63,046 nucleotides of DNA from a virus (taxonomy: Duplodnaviria; Caudoviricetes), in the IMG/VR virus record IMGVR_UViG_3300042673_000070, positions 1 to 63,046 of that record; one strand, given 5' to 3'. Both the position numbers and the translations under genes were made by a program. This document shows, one piece after another, positions 25,967 to 35,200 of this stretch; positions within the stretch are counted from its first letter, which is position 1, and the number at the start of each line of letters is the position of its first letter. The notes beneath the pieces were generated by a model that was given only the letters and a program-made list of their open reading frames with translations, searched no databases and had not been told where the DNA came from.

Positions 25967-27517
25967 ATGCAGATAATCGATAACAAGGCTTTGTTGATCA
26001 GAGTGCGAGAACCGCAGCGCATTACCTCGGTAATACGTACTGCCAAGCAACTGAACGCGACCGATGTGCTGGTTAAGTGGGGCGTGGAAGAAGCGCAGAT
26101 ATTGAAGAACCTGCGGCTCAAAGACGTACCGTCTCCGATTATGCGAGATTACGCATGGCCGGGATTACAGAAGCCCTTCAAACACCAGTACACAACCGCA
26201 TCGTTCCTGACACTGCACCGTAGAGCGTTCTGCTTCAACGAGCAGGGCACAGGCAAGACCGCATCTGCTATCTGGGCAGCGGACTACCTGATGAAGCAGG
26301 GATTGATTCGGCGCGTACTGGTGCTATGCCCCCTGTCGATCATGCAGTCGGCATGGGAGAACGACCTCTTCAAGTTTGCCACGCACCGTACGTGCGCTAT
26401 CGCACACAGTTACTCCAAGGATAAACGCATCAAGGCGGTGGAAGGCGATGCCGAGTTTGTGATCTGTAACTACGACGGGCTGGATATCGTCAAGGAAGCA
26501 GTGATCAAAGGCGGGTTTGACCTGATCATCATCGACGAAGCCAATGCGTACAAGAACGTATCGACGAAGCGATGGAAGATACTGAACAGCATCCTCACGC
26601 CATCAACGTGGGTCTGGATGATGACGGGTACCCCCGCAGCGCAGTCGCCAACGGATGCCTACGGACTAGCGAAGGTCATCAACCCCAACAACGTACCGAA
26701 GTTTTTCGGATCGTTCCGTGATCGGGTGCTGATCAAGGTTAGTCAGTTCCGGTTTGTACCGCGCCCTCAGTCACAGCAGATTGTTCACGAAGTCCTGCAA
26801 CCGGCGATTCGGTTCACCAAGGACGAGTGTCTGGACTTGCCAGAGATGACGTATGTCATGCGCGACATACCGCTGACGACGCAGCAGAAAACCTACTACG
26901 AAGAGATTCGTAAACAGATGTTGACTATTGCTGCCGGTGAAGAGATCACGGCGGTCAACGCCGCAGCGAGCCTGAACAAGTTGCTCCAGTTGTCGTGTGG
27001 CGCGGTCTACTCGGATAGTGGAGAGATCGTTGCGTTCGATGCCAAGAACCGCATGAGTGCGCTACTGGAGGTCATCGAGGAAGCCAGTCAGAAGGTAATC
27101 GTATTCGCTCCATATCGTCATGCGATTGAGATCATTGCGGAGGAATTACGTAATAACAACATTACGTGCGAGATTATCAATGGTGCGGTACCCGCAAGCA
27201 AACGCTCGGAACTGTTCAAGAAGTTTCAGGAAGACCCGAACCCACGTGTGCTTGTCATTCAGCCTCAAGCAGCGGCACACGGTGTCACGCTACACGCAGC
27301 CAACGTAGTTGTTTGGTGGGGTCCGATAACGTCTATTGAGACTTATTTGCAAGCGAACGCTCGTGTCCATCGTGCGGGACAACACCACCCCTGTACCGTT
27401 GTACACTTGCAAGGCTCCCCTGTTGAGAAGCGCATCTACAAGATGCTGTCACAGAAGTTGGATGTGCATACTAAGTTGATCGAGTTGTACAGAAATTTTG
27501 TTGAGGATGAGACTTGA
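25967..27517 (+). CDS. SNF2-like SF2 helicase
   Basis: EQGTGKT, IIIDEA, MTGTP, QANARVHRAGQ. Confidence 0.9.
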   Translation: MQIIDNKALLIRVREPQRITSVIRTAKQLNATDVLVKWGVEEAQILKNLRLKDVPSPIMRDYAWPGLQKPFKHQYTTASFLTLHRRAFCFNEQGTGKTASAIWAADYLMKQGLIRRVLVLCPLSIMQSAWENDLFKFATHRTCAIAHSYSKDKRIKAVEGDAEFVICNYDGLDIVKEAVIKGGFDLIIIDEANAYKNVSTKRWKILNSILTPSTWVWMMTGTPAAQSPTDAYGLAKVINPNNVPKFFGSFRDRVLIKVSQFRFVPRPQSQQIVHEVLQPAIRFTKDECLDLPEMTYVMRDIPLTTQQKTYYEEIRKQMLTIAAGEEITAVNAAASLNKLLQLSCGAVYSDSGEIVAFDAKNRMSALLEVIEEASQKVIVFAPYRHAIEIIAEELRNNNITCEIINGAVPASKRSELFKKFQEDPNPRVLVIQPQAAAHGVTLHAANVVVWWGPITSIETYLQANARVHRAGQHHPCTVVHLQGSPVEKRIYKMLSQKLDVHTKLIELYRNFVEDET

Positions 27518-27542
27518 CAATGTAAAATAAGCCCAATAAATT
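27514..27542 (+). promoter_or_regulatory. Sigma70-like promoter
   Basis: TTGACA-17nt-TAAATT. Confidence 0.65.
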
Positions 27543-27565
27543 AGACGACCTACAAGGAGAATACT

Positions 27566-27946
27566 ATGAGTGCAATGAACGCAGAGAAACTTGCGGAAGT
27601 CTACGTTAAGATACGTGACGCCCGTAGGAAACTGGCCGAAGAAGATGACAAACTGAAAGAGCAACTGAACGTCATTGCTGACCAGTTGCTTGCGATCTGC
27701 AAAGATCAAGGCGCGTCAACTATTCGTACTCCCCACGGTACGATCTCGCGTCGTATAGATAAACACTACTGGACCAATGATTGGGATTCGTTCTTCAAGT
27801 TCCTCAAGGAGAATGAAGCCTTTGCATTGATGCAGCGTCGGATTAACAACTCCAATATGGAGCAGTTCCTTGAAGAGAACCCAAACCTTCACCCGCCGGG
27901 GTTACAGGCAGACATGAAACAGACCATTGTGATTACCAAACGCTAA
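27566..27946 (+). CDS. Conserved replication-module hypothetical protein
   Basis: 126 aa, N-terminal coiled coil, AAGGAG RBS. Confidence 0.75.
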   Translation: MSAMNAEKLAEVYVKIRDARRKLAEEDDKLKEQLNVIADQLLAICKDQGASTIRTPHGTISRRIDKHYWTNDWDSFFKFLKENEAFALMQRRINNSNMEQFLEENPNLHPPGLQADMKQTIVITKR

Positions 27947-27955
27947 GGAGCGCAT

Positions 27956-28846
27956 ATGAGCAACGAACTTGCTATGTTGAATACGGCTCTGCCAGATTAC
28001 CTGCGGACCGCACAGATTGACGACACGACCAAAGCCCTCATGGGCGGTGGAAGCGGTGCTTCCTCTCGTCGCATCTCCATCAAAGGTGGTGTGTGGCGGC
28101 TCATGATTAACGGCAAGGAGGTCGCAACAAACGAAGATCGTCACATGAACGTGGTTATCGTCGCAGCCTCGCCCAAGGTGTCCCGTACGTTCTACGCGCA
28201 GCAGTATCAGGAAGGTGGCGAGATCAGCGCACCGGATTGCTGGTCTGCTGATGGTGAAGTGCCTGATGTGAAGGCATCCTCGCCGCAGTCGAAGCGTTGT
28301 ATTGACTGTCCTCAGAACGTCCAAGGCTCGGGACAGGGTAATAGTCGTGCTTGCCGATACAGCCAGCGTCTTGCCGTCGTTCTGGCGAACGATGTTGGTG
28401 GCGACGTATTCCAACTGACTCTTCCTGCTACGTCTATCTTTGGTGAAGGCGCGGCTGGTAAGTGGCCGTTGCAAGCGTACGCCAAGATGCTTGGCAGCAA
28501 GGGTATTCCGATCACTGCCGTCGTGACGGAGATGCGTTTTGATACGGGTAGCGCCACGCCGAAGATCAACTTCAAGCCAGTAAGTTTCTTGGATGCTGGA
28601 CAGCATCAACTGGCTATCAACCAAGGCTCCACGGAAGCCGCCAAACGCGCCATCACTATGACGGTGGCCGAAGCGGATAACGTCAAGCCCAAGGCTATCG
28701 CTGCTCCAAAACCTGCTGCTCCTGTTGAAGTCGCTGCCGAGCCAGTCGAGGCCGTTGCTGAGCCGGTCAAGCGTTCTTCCAAGAAGAATGAAGAGGCTGC
28801 TGAGAAGCCTGACCTCTCCAAGATTCTTGCCGAATGGGATGACTGA
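27956..28846 (+). CDS. ssDNA-binding/annealing protein, putative
   Basis: Cys cluster (PDCWS, CIDC, RAC), Ala/Pro linker, acidic tail AEWDD; lies between helicase and primase. Confidence 0.6.
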   Translation: MSNELAMLNTALPDYLRTAQIDDTTKALMGGGSGASSRRISIKGGVWRLMINGKEVATNEDRHMNVVIVAASPKVSRTFYAQQYQEGGEISAPDCWSADGEVPDVKASSPQSKRCIDCPQNVQGSGQGNSRACRYSQRLAVVLANDVGGDVFQLTLPATSIFGEGAAGKWPLQAYAKMLGSKGIPITAVVTEMRFDTGSATPKINFKPVSFLDAGQHQLAINQGSTEAAKRAITMTVAEADNVKPKAIAAPKPAAPVEVAAEPVEAVAEPVKRSSKKNEEAAEKPDLSKILAEWDD

Positions 28847-29079
28847 TGGCTACGCATGGGTATTCAACGCTGACGCTACAGGCGATCAATGACGCCAATC
28901 CATTCTTGTTGGGTGTACAACTCGCCAAGATATGTGTGCGGCTCAACATCCCTGTTAAAGATGTTGCTGAATATCTGAAAGTCAGCCGACCAACTGTGTA
29001 CTCATGGTTTATCGGCAGAAGCGAAGTATCAAAAAAGCATCAAGAGCAGGTTGAGAAGCTAATCAAAAAATTAGCTTAG
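28846..29079 (+). CDS. Cro/XRE-like HTH protein
   Basis: PVKDVAEYLKVSRPTVYSWFIG. Confidence 0.8.
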   Translation: MATHGYSTLTLQAINDANPFLLGVQLAKICVRLNIPVKDVAEYLKVSRPTVYSWFIGRSEVSKKHQEQVEKLIKKLA

Positions 29080-29086
29080 CAGTTAG

Positions 29087-29159
29087 ATGGGCTAGGTTCG
29101 CTACCGAAGAGGGTGTGCCGTCCACCCCTGCCCATTCTATTTTGACGGTTGAGGACGGC
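29087..29159 (+). promoter_or_regulatory. Structured leader RNA upstream of the primase gene
   Basis: ATGGGC/GCCCAT outer stem with TTCG/CGAA and GGGTG/CACCC inner stems; GCCGTCC is complementary to GGACGGC just before the ATG. Confidence 0.5.
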
Positions 29160-29160
29160 T

Positions 29161-32049
29161 ATGATTTCACGTAAGGACTTTCTTGCCTTGGTTCTTCCGC
29201 CGCTGGAAGAAGGTGAGTCCTATTGTACTGTTGGCATCAAGGAAGATGGCGAGGACAAGGATGTCCGCCAACGCTTTGTCAGTAGCATCGATGAGATATC
29301 AGACCACGCAGATGAGTTTGTAGATAACCAGTACAACGCGTTTTTTGCTATGGCGAAGTACGGCCCTGAAGAGCGTCGTACTACCAAGAACGCTATTGCA
29401 CTGAAGTCTTTCTACATCGACCTCGACTGCGGTACTGGTAAACCCTTTGCTGATCTGAACGAGGGACTCCTCGCACTACGTGCGTTCTGCAAGGTTACTG
29501 GACTGCCACGCCCGACCATTGTGAAGTCAGGTATGGGGGCGCATCTGTACTGGGTATGTACGGAGGCCATGCCACGTGAGCAGTGGACGCAGTACGCCGA
29601 GCAGTTGAAGGCACTGTGCATACAGCACAAGTTTGACGTTGACCCGGTAGTGACGGGTGAGGCTGCGCGTATCCTGCGTATCCCCGAGACATACCATGTG
29701 AAAGACCCGACCAATCCGATTCTGGTCGAGGTGCTTCACGTTGCTCCGCAACTATCATCTTCTGACATTCACAAATTTCTTGAACCAAGTTTTGAAGTAT
29801 TGGCTGCAACCAACAAGCAGCAATACAAACGCCAACTGGATCCCGTCACGCTTGCGCTGATGGGCAACAAAGAAGCCAAGTTCAAAGACCTGCTGGTCAT
29901 GTCCTTGGAAGGCAAAGGTTGCGCCCAGATCGCGCACATCTACAACGAGCAAGCCACACTCAGTTACGACATGTGGCGCGGTGGGTTGAGTATTGCCCAG
30001 AAGTGTTCCGACCGGGACAAGGCCATCCACATACTGTCCAAAGGGCACCCCGAGTATTCCCCGGAAGCCACAGAGAAGATGGCTAACGGTACAAACGGCC
30101 CGTATACCTGTGAGCGGTTCCGTATCCTGAACCCTACGGGCTGCGAAGGATGTCCCCACAAGATCGCTACCCCCATCGCGCTGGCTGAACGGGTGGTGGA
30201 GGCTCCTGCCGATGCGGTTGTGACTGCGGTCGAGGAAGTGACCAAAGAGGTCAAGCAGTACCACATCCCGAAACTGCCGTTCCCATTTTTCCGTGGCAAG
30301 AACGGCGGGGTGTACTACAAGGTTCTCCGCAAGAAGAAGGACGATGATGACGGCGACGAGGAGACAGAAGAACTCCTGTACCCGTACGACTTCTACGTCG
30401 TGAAGCGCATGGTTGACCCTGACCTTCTCGACACCATTTTATGCCGTCTGCATACGCCGAAGGATGGAGTGCGTGACTTCATCATGCCTAACACCACGGT
30501 CGTATCGAAGGACAAGTTTATGGCTGCGATAGCCCCGCAAGGGCTGGTCATGTTGGGCAAGAAGCAGGACATGATGATGCAGTACGTCAAGGCTTGGATT
30601 GATGAACTCATGAAGGAAAAAGCAGAAAAGGCACACCGACAGTTTGGTTGGACTGAGGATGACTCTTCAGTGATTATTGGTGAGCGTGAGATCAAGGCTA
30701 CAGAAGTCCTGTACAGCCCTCCGTCTGCGCCGACCCTGCCGAACATTCACTACTTCCAGCCGAAGGGTGACTTCCAAGTATGGAAGGACATCATCAACCA
30801 CTACGGCAAGCCGGGTATGGAGAACAGGGCGTTCGCCTTCTTCTTGGGGTTTGGCATACCGCTCATGCGCTTCACGGCACTGGACGGGTTCCTAGTCAAC
30901 CTGATGAGCCGTAACTCGGGTTCGGGAAAGACCACGATCCTCCATGCGATCAACAGCATCTACGGGCGTCCGAAGGAACTGACTCTGGCTCCGAAGGATA
31001 CCTACAACGTCCGTATGAACCGCCTTGGCGTGATGCAGAACCTCGCTGTGACGATGGACGAGATCACGAACATGCCAGCCGAGGACATGTCGAACCAAGT
31101 CTATGACGTGACCTCTGGACGCGCCAAGCACCGCCTGAAGCAGCACGATAACGTCGAGCGCAACAACAATACGAAGTTCCAGACGGGCGTTATCTCGTCC
31201 TCCAACCGCTCTGTCATGGACGTATTGCTCTCCATCAAGGGCTTTCCAGACGGCGAGTTGAAGCGCGTGTTGGAAGTTAGCGTCGAGCAGGAAGAGGACG
31301 CCGACGCCACGTGGTCTCGTGAGCACTTTGAACGCCTGATGGAGAACTACGGACACGCAGCAGAGCCGTACTTCCAAGCAGTTATTGCCCAACTTCCAGC
31401 AGTCAAGGAGTTACTGAACAAGACCCGAGACAAGGTGGACATTGCTGCCGGTATCCGTCCATCAGAACGGTTCTGGAGTTTGATCGTTGCCCTCTCCATT
31501 ACGGGTGGGTTGGTCTCCAAGAAACTTGGACTCCACGATATTCCGGTACAGCCCGTCTTTGACTACGGTATTCGCCTGATCAAGGAAACGCGCATCAAGA
31601 GCCGTGAATACATGTTTGACGGCGACGAATTCTTGGGCGTCTTCTTCCAGCATCACTTCAACGAAGTTCTGGTCATCAATGCCAAGATAGACAAGCGTAC
31701 TGGACTGGAGCAAGGACCGATCAAGGAACCTCGCAACGCGATGACGATGCGGTATGAGCCAGACACAAAGATGTTGTTCGTATCTGCAACGGCGTACCGA
31801 GCCGAGTGCAACAAGCGGTCGATGAACTTTGAGGAGACCCTGAAGCCCTACATCAAGTGCAAGGCACTGATCGTTCATCCGGGTGGTTTGACGACCAAGC
31901 GCAAGAAGATGTTCGTGGGAACTACCGCCAGTAACACGGCGGCTACCACCTGCTTGTGGTTCGATACGACCAAACTGGACTTCTTCAACGAAGACGCACT
32001 GATCAACGCAGTCCCAGATGAAGATCTACAACCTGCCAGTTCTGGTTGA
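29161..32049 (+). CDS. Primase-helicase (RepB/AEP-like primase + DUF927 + P-loop ATPase)
   Basis: FYIDLD, SGMGAHLYW, ARILRIP; QFGW; Walker A NSGSGKT, Walker B TMDEI. Confidence 0.85.
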   Translation: MISRKDFLALVLPPLEEGESYCTVGIKEDGEDKDVRQRFVSSIDEISDHADEFVDNQYNAFFAMAKYGPEERRTTKNAIALKSFYIDLDCGTGKPFADLNEGLLALRAFCKVTGLPRPTIVKSGMGAHLYWVCTEAMPREQWTQYAEQLKALCIQHKFDVDPVVTGEAARILRIPETYHVKDPTNPILVEVLHVAPQLSSSDIHKFLEPSFEVLAATNKQQYKRQLDPVTLALMGNKEAKFKDLLVMSLEGKGCAQIAHIYNEQATLSYDMWRGGLSIAQKCSDRDKAIHILSKGHPEYSPEATEKMANGTNGPYTCERFRILNPTGCEGCPHKIATPIALAERVVEAPADAVVTAVEEVTKEVKQYHIPKLPFPFFRGKNGGVYYKVLRKKKDDDDGDEETEELLYPYDFYVVKRMVDPDLLDTILCRLHTPKDGVRDFIMPNTTVVSKDKFMAAIAPQGLVMLGKKQDMMMQYVKAWIDELMKEKAEKAHRQFGWTEDDSSVIIGEREIKATEVLYSPPSAPTLPNIHYFQPKGDFQVWKDIINHYGKPGMENRAFAFFLGFGIPLMRFTALDGFLVNLMSRNSGSGKTTILHAINSIYGRPKELTLAPKDTYNVRMNRLGVMQNLAVTMDEITNMPAEDMSNQVYDVTSGRAKHRLKQHDNVERNNNTKFQTGVISSSNRSVMDVLLSIKGFPDGELKRVLEVSVEQEEDADATWSREHFERLMENYGHAAEPYFQAVIAQLPAVKELLNKTRDKVDIAAGIRPSERFWSLIVALSITGGLVSKKLGLHDIPVQPVFDYGIRLIKETRIKSREYMFDGDEFLGVFFQHHFNEVLVINAKIDKRTGLEQGPIKEPRNAMTMRYEPDTKMLFVSATAYRAECNKRSMNFEETLKPYIKCKALIVHPGGLTTKRKKMFVGTTASNTAATTCLWFDTTKLDFFNEDALINAVPDEDLQPASSG

Positions 32050-32248
32050 ATGGAACAAGTTTCAGCCCGGTAGTTCCTTCTTCATACCGTGTCTTGACCG
32101 CAAGGACATGGAGAAACAGGTCCTCAAGGAAGCAAAACGGCTAAACGTTAACGTGATGTGTAAACATGTTATAGAAAATAACATGTATGGATTGCGGGTT
32201 TGGCGTGTGGCTCCTACAATGCTCACGCACTCTAGTTCTCCTGTCTAG
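32018..32248 (+). CDS. Hypothetical protein
   Basis: 76 aa, GSSFFIPCL...GLRVWR; last plus-strand gene. Confidence 0.7.
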   Translation: MKIYNLPVLVEWNKFQPGSSFFIPCLDRKDMEKQVLKEAKRLNVNVMCKHVIENNMYGLRVWRVAPTMLTHSSSPV

Positions 32249-32253
32249 GAGTT

Positions 32254-32281
32254 GACCCCTGCTTCGGCAGGGGTCCTTTTT
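32254..32281 (+). terminator. Rho-independent terminator at the convergence point
   Basis: GACCCCTGC-TTCG-GCAGGGGTC-CTTTTT. Confidence 0.9.
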
Positions 32282-35200
32282 ACTCTTCCAGTCCCAACTC
32301 GTCGGTAATCCTATTGGCGAGTTTCTTGTCTACGGTAATACCGTACACGGACTGAGCAATACTCTTCTGCCGACGCTGGATCGCACCCATCAAAGTTTCC
32401 GAAGTGATGGCGCGTTCTGGGAACGTAGCACTGAACGCCTGTGCTTCCTCAACTGCTTCTTGGAACCCTTCATAGTCCCCGCTGAGTCGAGCCACAGCAG
32501 CACGAGCGATGATGGAGTTACGTCGCTCCAGTATCTCGCGCTGCATACGGGTAGTGGCTCCCGCAATATCACCTGCCTCGGCAACGTCACTCGGACGGAA
32601 ACCGAATATCTGCATGAAGACGTTGTAGGCGTTTACATCGTCAACCAGAGGCTTACCGGAGGCAGTTACAGCACCTTCCTCGAAATACCGCGCTCCCTTG
32701 AGGATATTGCCAACCACTTTCGGGCTGAGTTGCTCAAAGCCACGCTGGTACTCACCCGCGCTGAAACTGTCGATGACGCCGTTTGGTTTGAATATGCCAT
32801 TGGCGTATGAGTACGCAGGGCCAAGGAACTGTTCCATAGCGTAGGTGACAGGACCGACCTCAGCCATGCGCTTGGGATCTTCACGCCAGAGCATACCCGT
32901 CCAACCCGTACGGCTGGCAAAGTCCACACCGAGCAAGTAGTTGGCCGGGCCTTTGTAGTTGAACAAACCAACTGCATCGCGCAGTTCAAAGTCAGGGTTG
33001 TACGGCTCGTCATCGTCGCCCAGCGCACTGTTCAATACCGAGGCCAGTACACTTGCCGCCCCGATTACGGGCATACCCTGCACACCAGCAAACAGGTAGG
33101 CAGTACCGAAGTAAGCCAGTATCTCCCTGCGTGCAGCCTTGCGAACCTCTGGGGACTCACCCTTTGTAGCTTCTCGGTAGGCGTTCAACAACAGGTTGAT
33201 ACGGATCAGGGCGAACTTCTTGAAAGTCAACGCAGTACGGGCGAACCCGTTACCCATGATGGGCGGCGCTGCCTTCGGGAAAGACGATCCATATACGTCG
33301 TACACAGCGCGTTGCGCTTCATCAAAAGCGTTTTGGTCAAATACGTTTTCAGGAGTCTTCTTACTAAGCTGGTACGCGGCCATGAATGCCACGTTTCTGT
33401 TGAACATATCCGACTTGGCAAATGCCCAACTGCTCGCACGCTCGACACCTGCTTTGATGCGGTCGTACTTGGAACCTACGTTCTTGAACTCAGCGATATC
33501 CCGAAGCTGTTGCTCACGGAGCACACCGGAATCAAGCCCACGTTGCAGAACTTCCTCCATCTCCTTGGACTTCTTCTTACTGAAGTACGCAGTCGAAGCG
33601 TTCTGGATAGCGTTAAACGCCTTGCCCCAACCATGCTTGCCAGCCAAGCGGCTGTACGTAATCGTCGGGATATCCACAAGGTTGATGATGGCCGTGGAGA
33701 TGTTGGCACCGAGATACATCTGGAAGCTGAAGTAACTCAGCTTCGCCGCAAGGCTGTTTAGTTTGGGATCGCGGATGAACTCCATCTGCTTGCCGACTGT
33801 ATCCAGCAAGTCATCAACAACGTTCGTATCCAACGCTCCGCTGCTTCGGGCGTTCTCCAAGTCTTCAGTGATTTTGTCCTGCGCCGCACGGAACTTGGGG
33901 GTATACGTTAAATTGGTCAGACGCCGAGCGTAGCTACTGCCGACGTTCGCATACGCATCCAGCATGTCCTTGGAATAGCCCTCAGTACCCTTTCTCTGTC
34001 GGGCAAACTGAAGTGTGGACTGCGCCGGGAGTAGATCCAGATACGTGTTAACGATGGACGTAATAACTTCTGGGTCTACCTTCTGCTCGGTCAACTGCCC
34101 AACGATCTTGCCAAAGAACCCACTCGGGGGTATCGCATCGGCTTCCCTCGTACCGACACGGCTGGTCATGATATCCGTAGCCCCGCTGCGACGGGCTTCC
34201 GCTTCGGCTCTGTTGCGTTGGCCAAGAGTCTCAAACTGGAGCGATACGGTATCGCCGTTGCTGTCCACGTACTTCAACTTGAAGTCGCCCTTGCGGAAGA
34301 GCGGGAAGTACACAGGCAGACGCTTTTCGTTGAACTGGCTGATCAGTTTCTGCCATTCAGTCGGAGCAAGATATTGCTTCAGGACTTCTTCAATACCAAG
34401 CGCATAGTCTAGGTACGCCAGACGAAGGCCCTTGTAGACCTCTTCCAGTTTGGGGTCTTTCCGCACCAAAGACTGATACTGTTGGTACAGCGGGTGTGAC
34501 TTGTCGGCTGTCCAGTTGATGCCGCGCTTGTCGTCCTTGAGATCCAGAACCTCGACACCAAACTTCTCGACTACCTTGCCATTCTTGGTAGTGCGCTGCA
34601 CCTTGGTCGTAGTGGTAGCCATGAACGTATCAAAAATACGATCACGCTCGGCAGGGCTGTACTTGGAAAGAATCTTCTCCCACTTCTGGTAGTTTTCCAT
34701 GATGAGATCCTCCTGTTTGCGGAGGAACGCACCTTCAGAATTCAATTCACTCCAAAGCTGTCCAAAGCCCTTGGTGTGCTTGCCGTACATGCGGTCAAAG
34801 TCATGGGCAGTCAGCGTGCTATACAAAGCCCGACGCATTGCAGGTGTGGCGTTAGACGCAGCATCCGTAGCGGCTTGGAAGGTCTCGCTGGTCGGCTTCG
34901 GCAACTTCGACGGGATGCTGGCAATACTGCTGAGGAAAGCACGGTCGTTCTTCCGCTGCTCCGCAGGCGACATGGAGTACCGCGCCGCTGCATCAAACGG
35001 ATCAACCAATTTACCGGAAACACTATCGGTTCTACGACGTTCAGCAATCCAAGAGTCGGCAGACCCCGGACCCATATCGTCAAGGAACTTTTTAACTGCC
35101 TTGGTAGGTACAAATCTGTTGCCAGTGATTGCAGCGACAAGCTCGCGCAGTTTCCTAGCGACATCAGCAAAGAACTTTTCAACAATACCAACAGGCTTTT

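Noticed and set aside
32160-32172. Possible extra palindrome copy GTAAACATGTTAT
   Set aside because: Right arm is incomplete and there is no spacer; may be chance.
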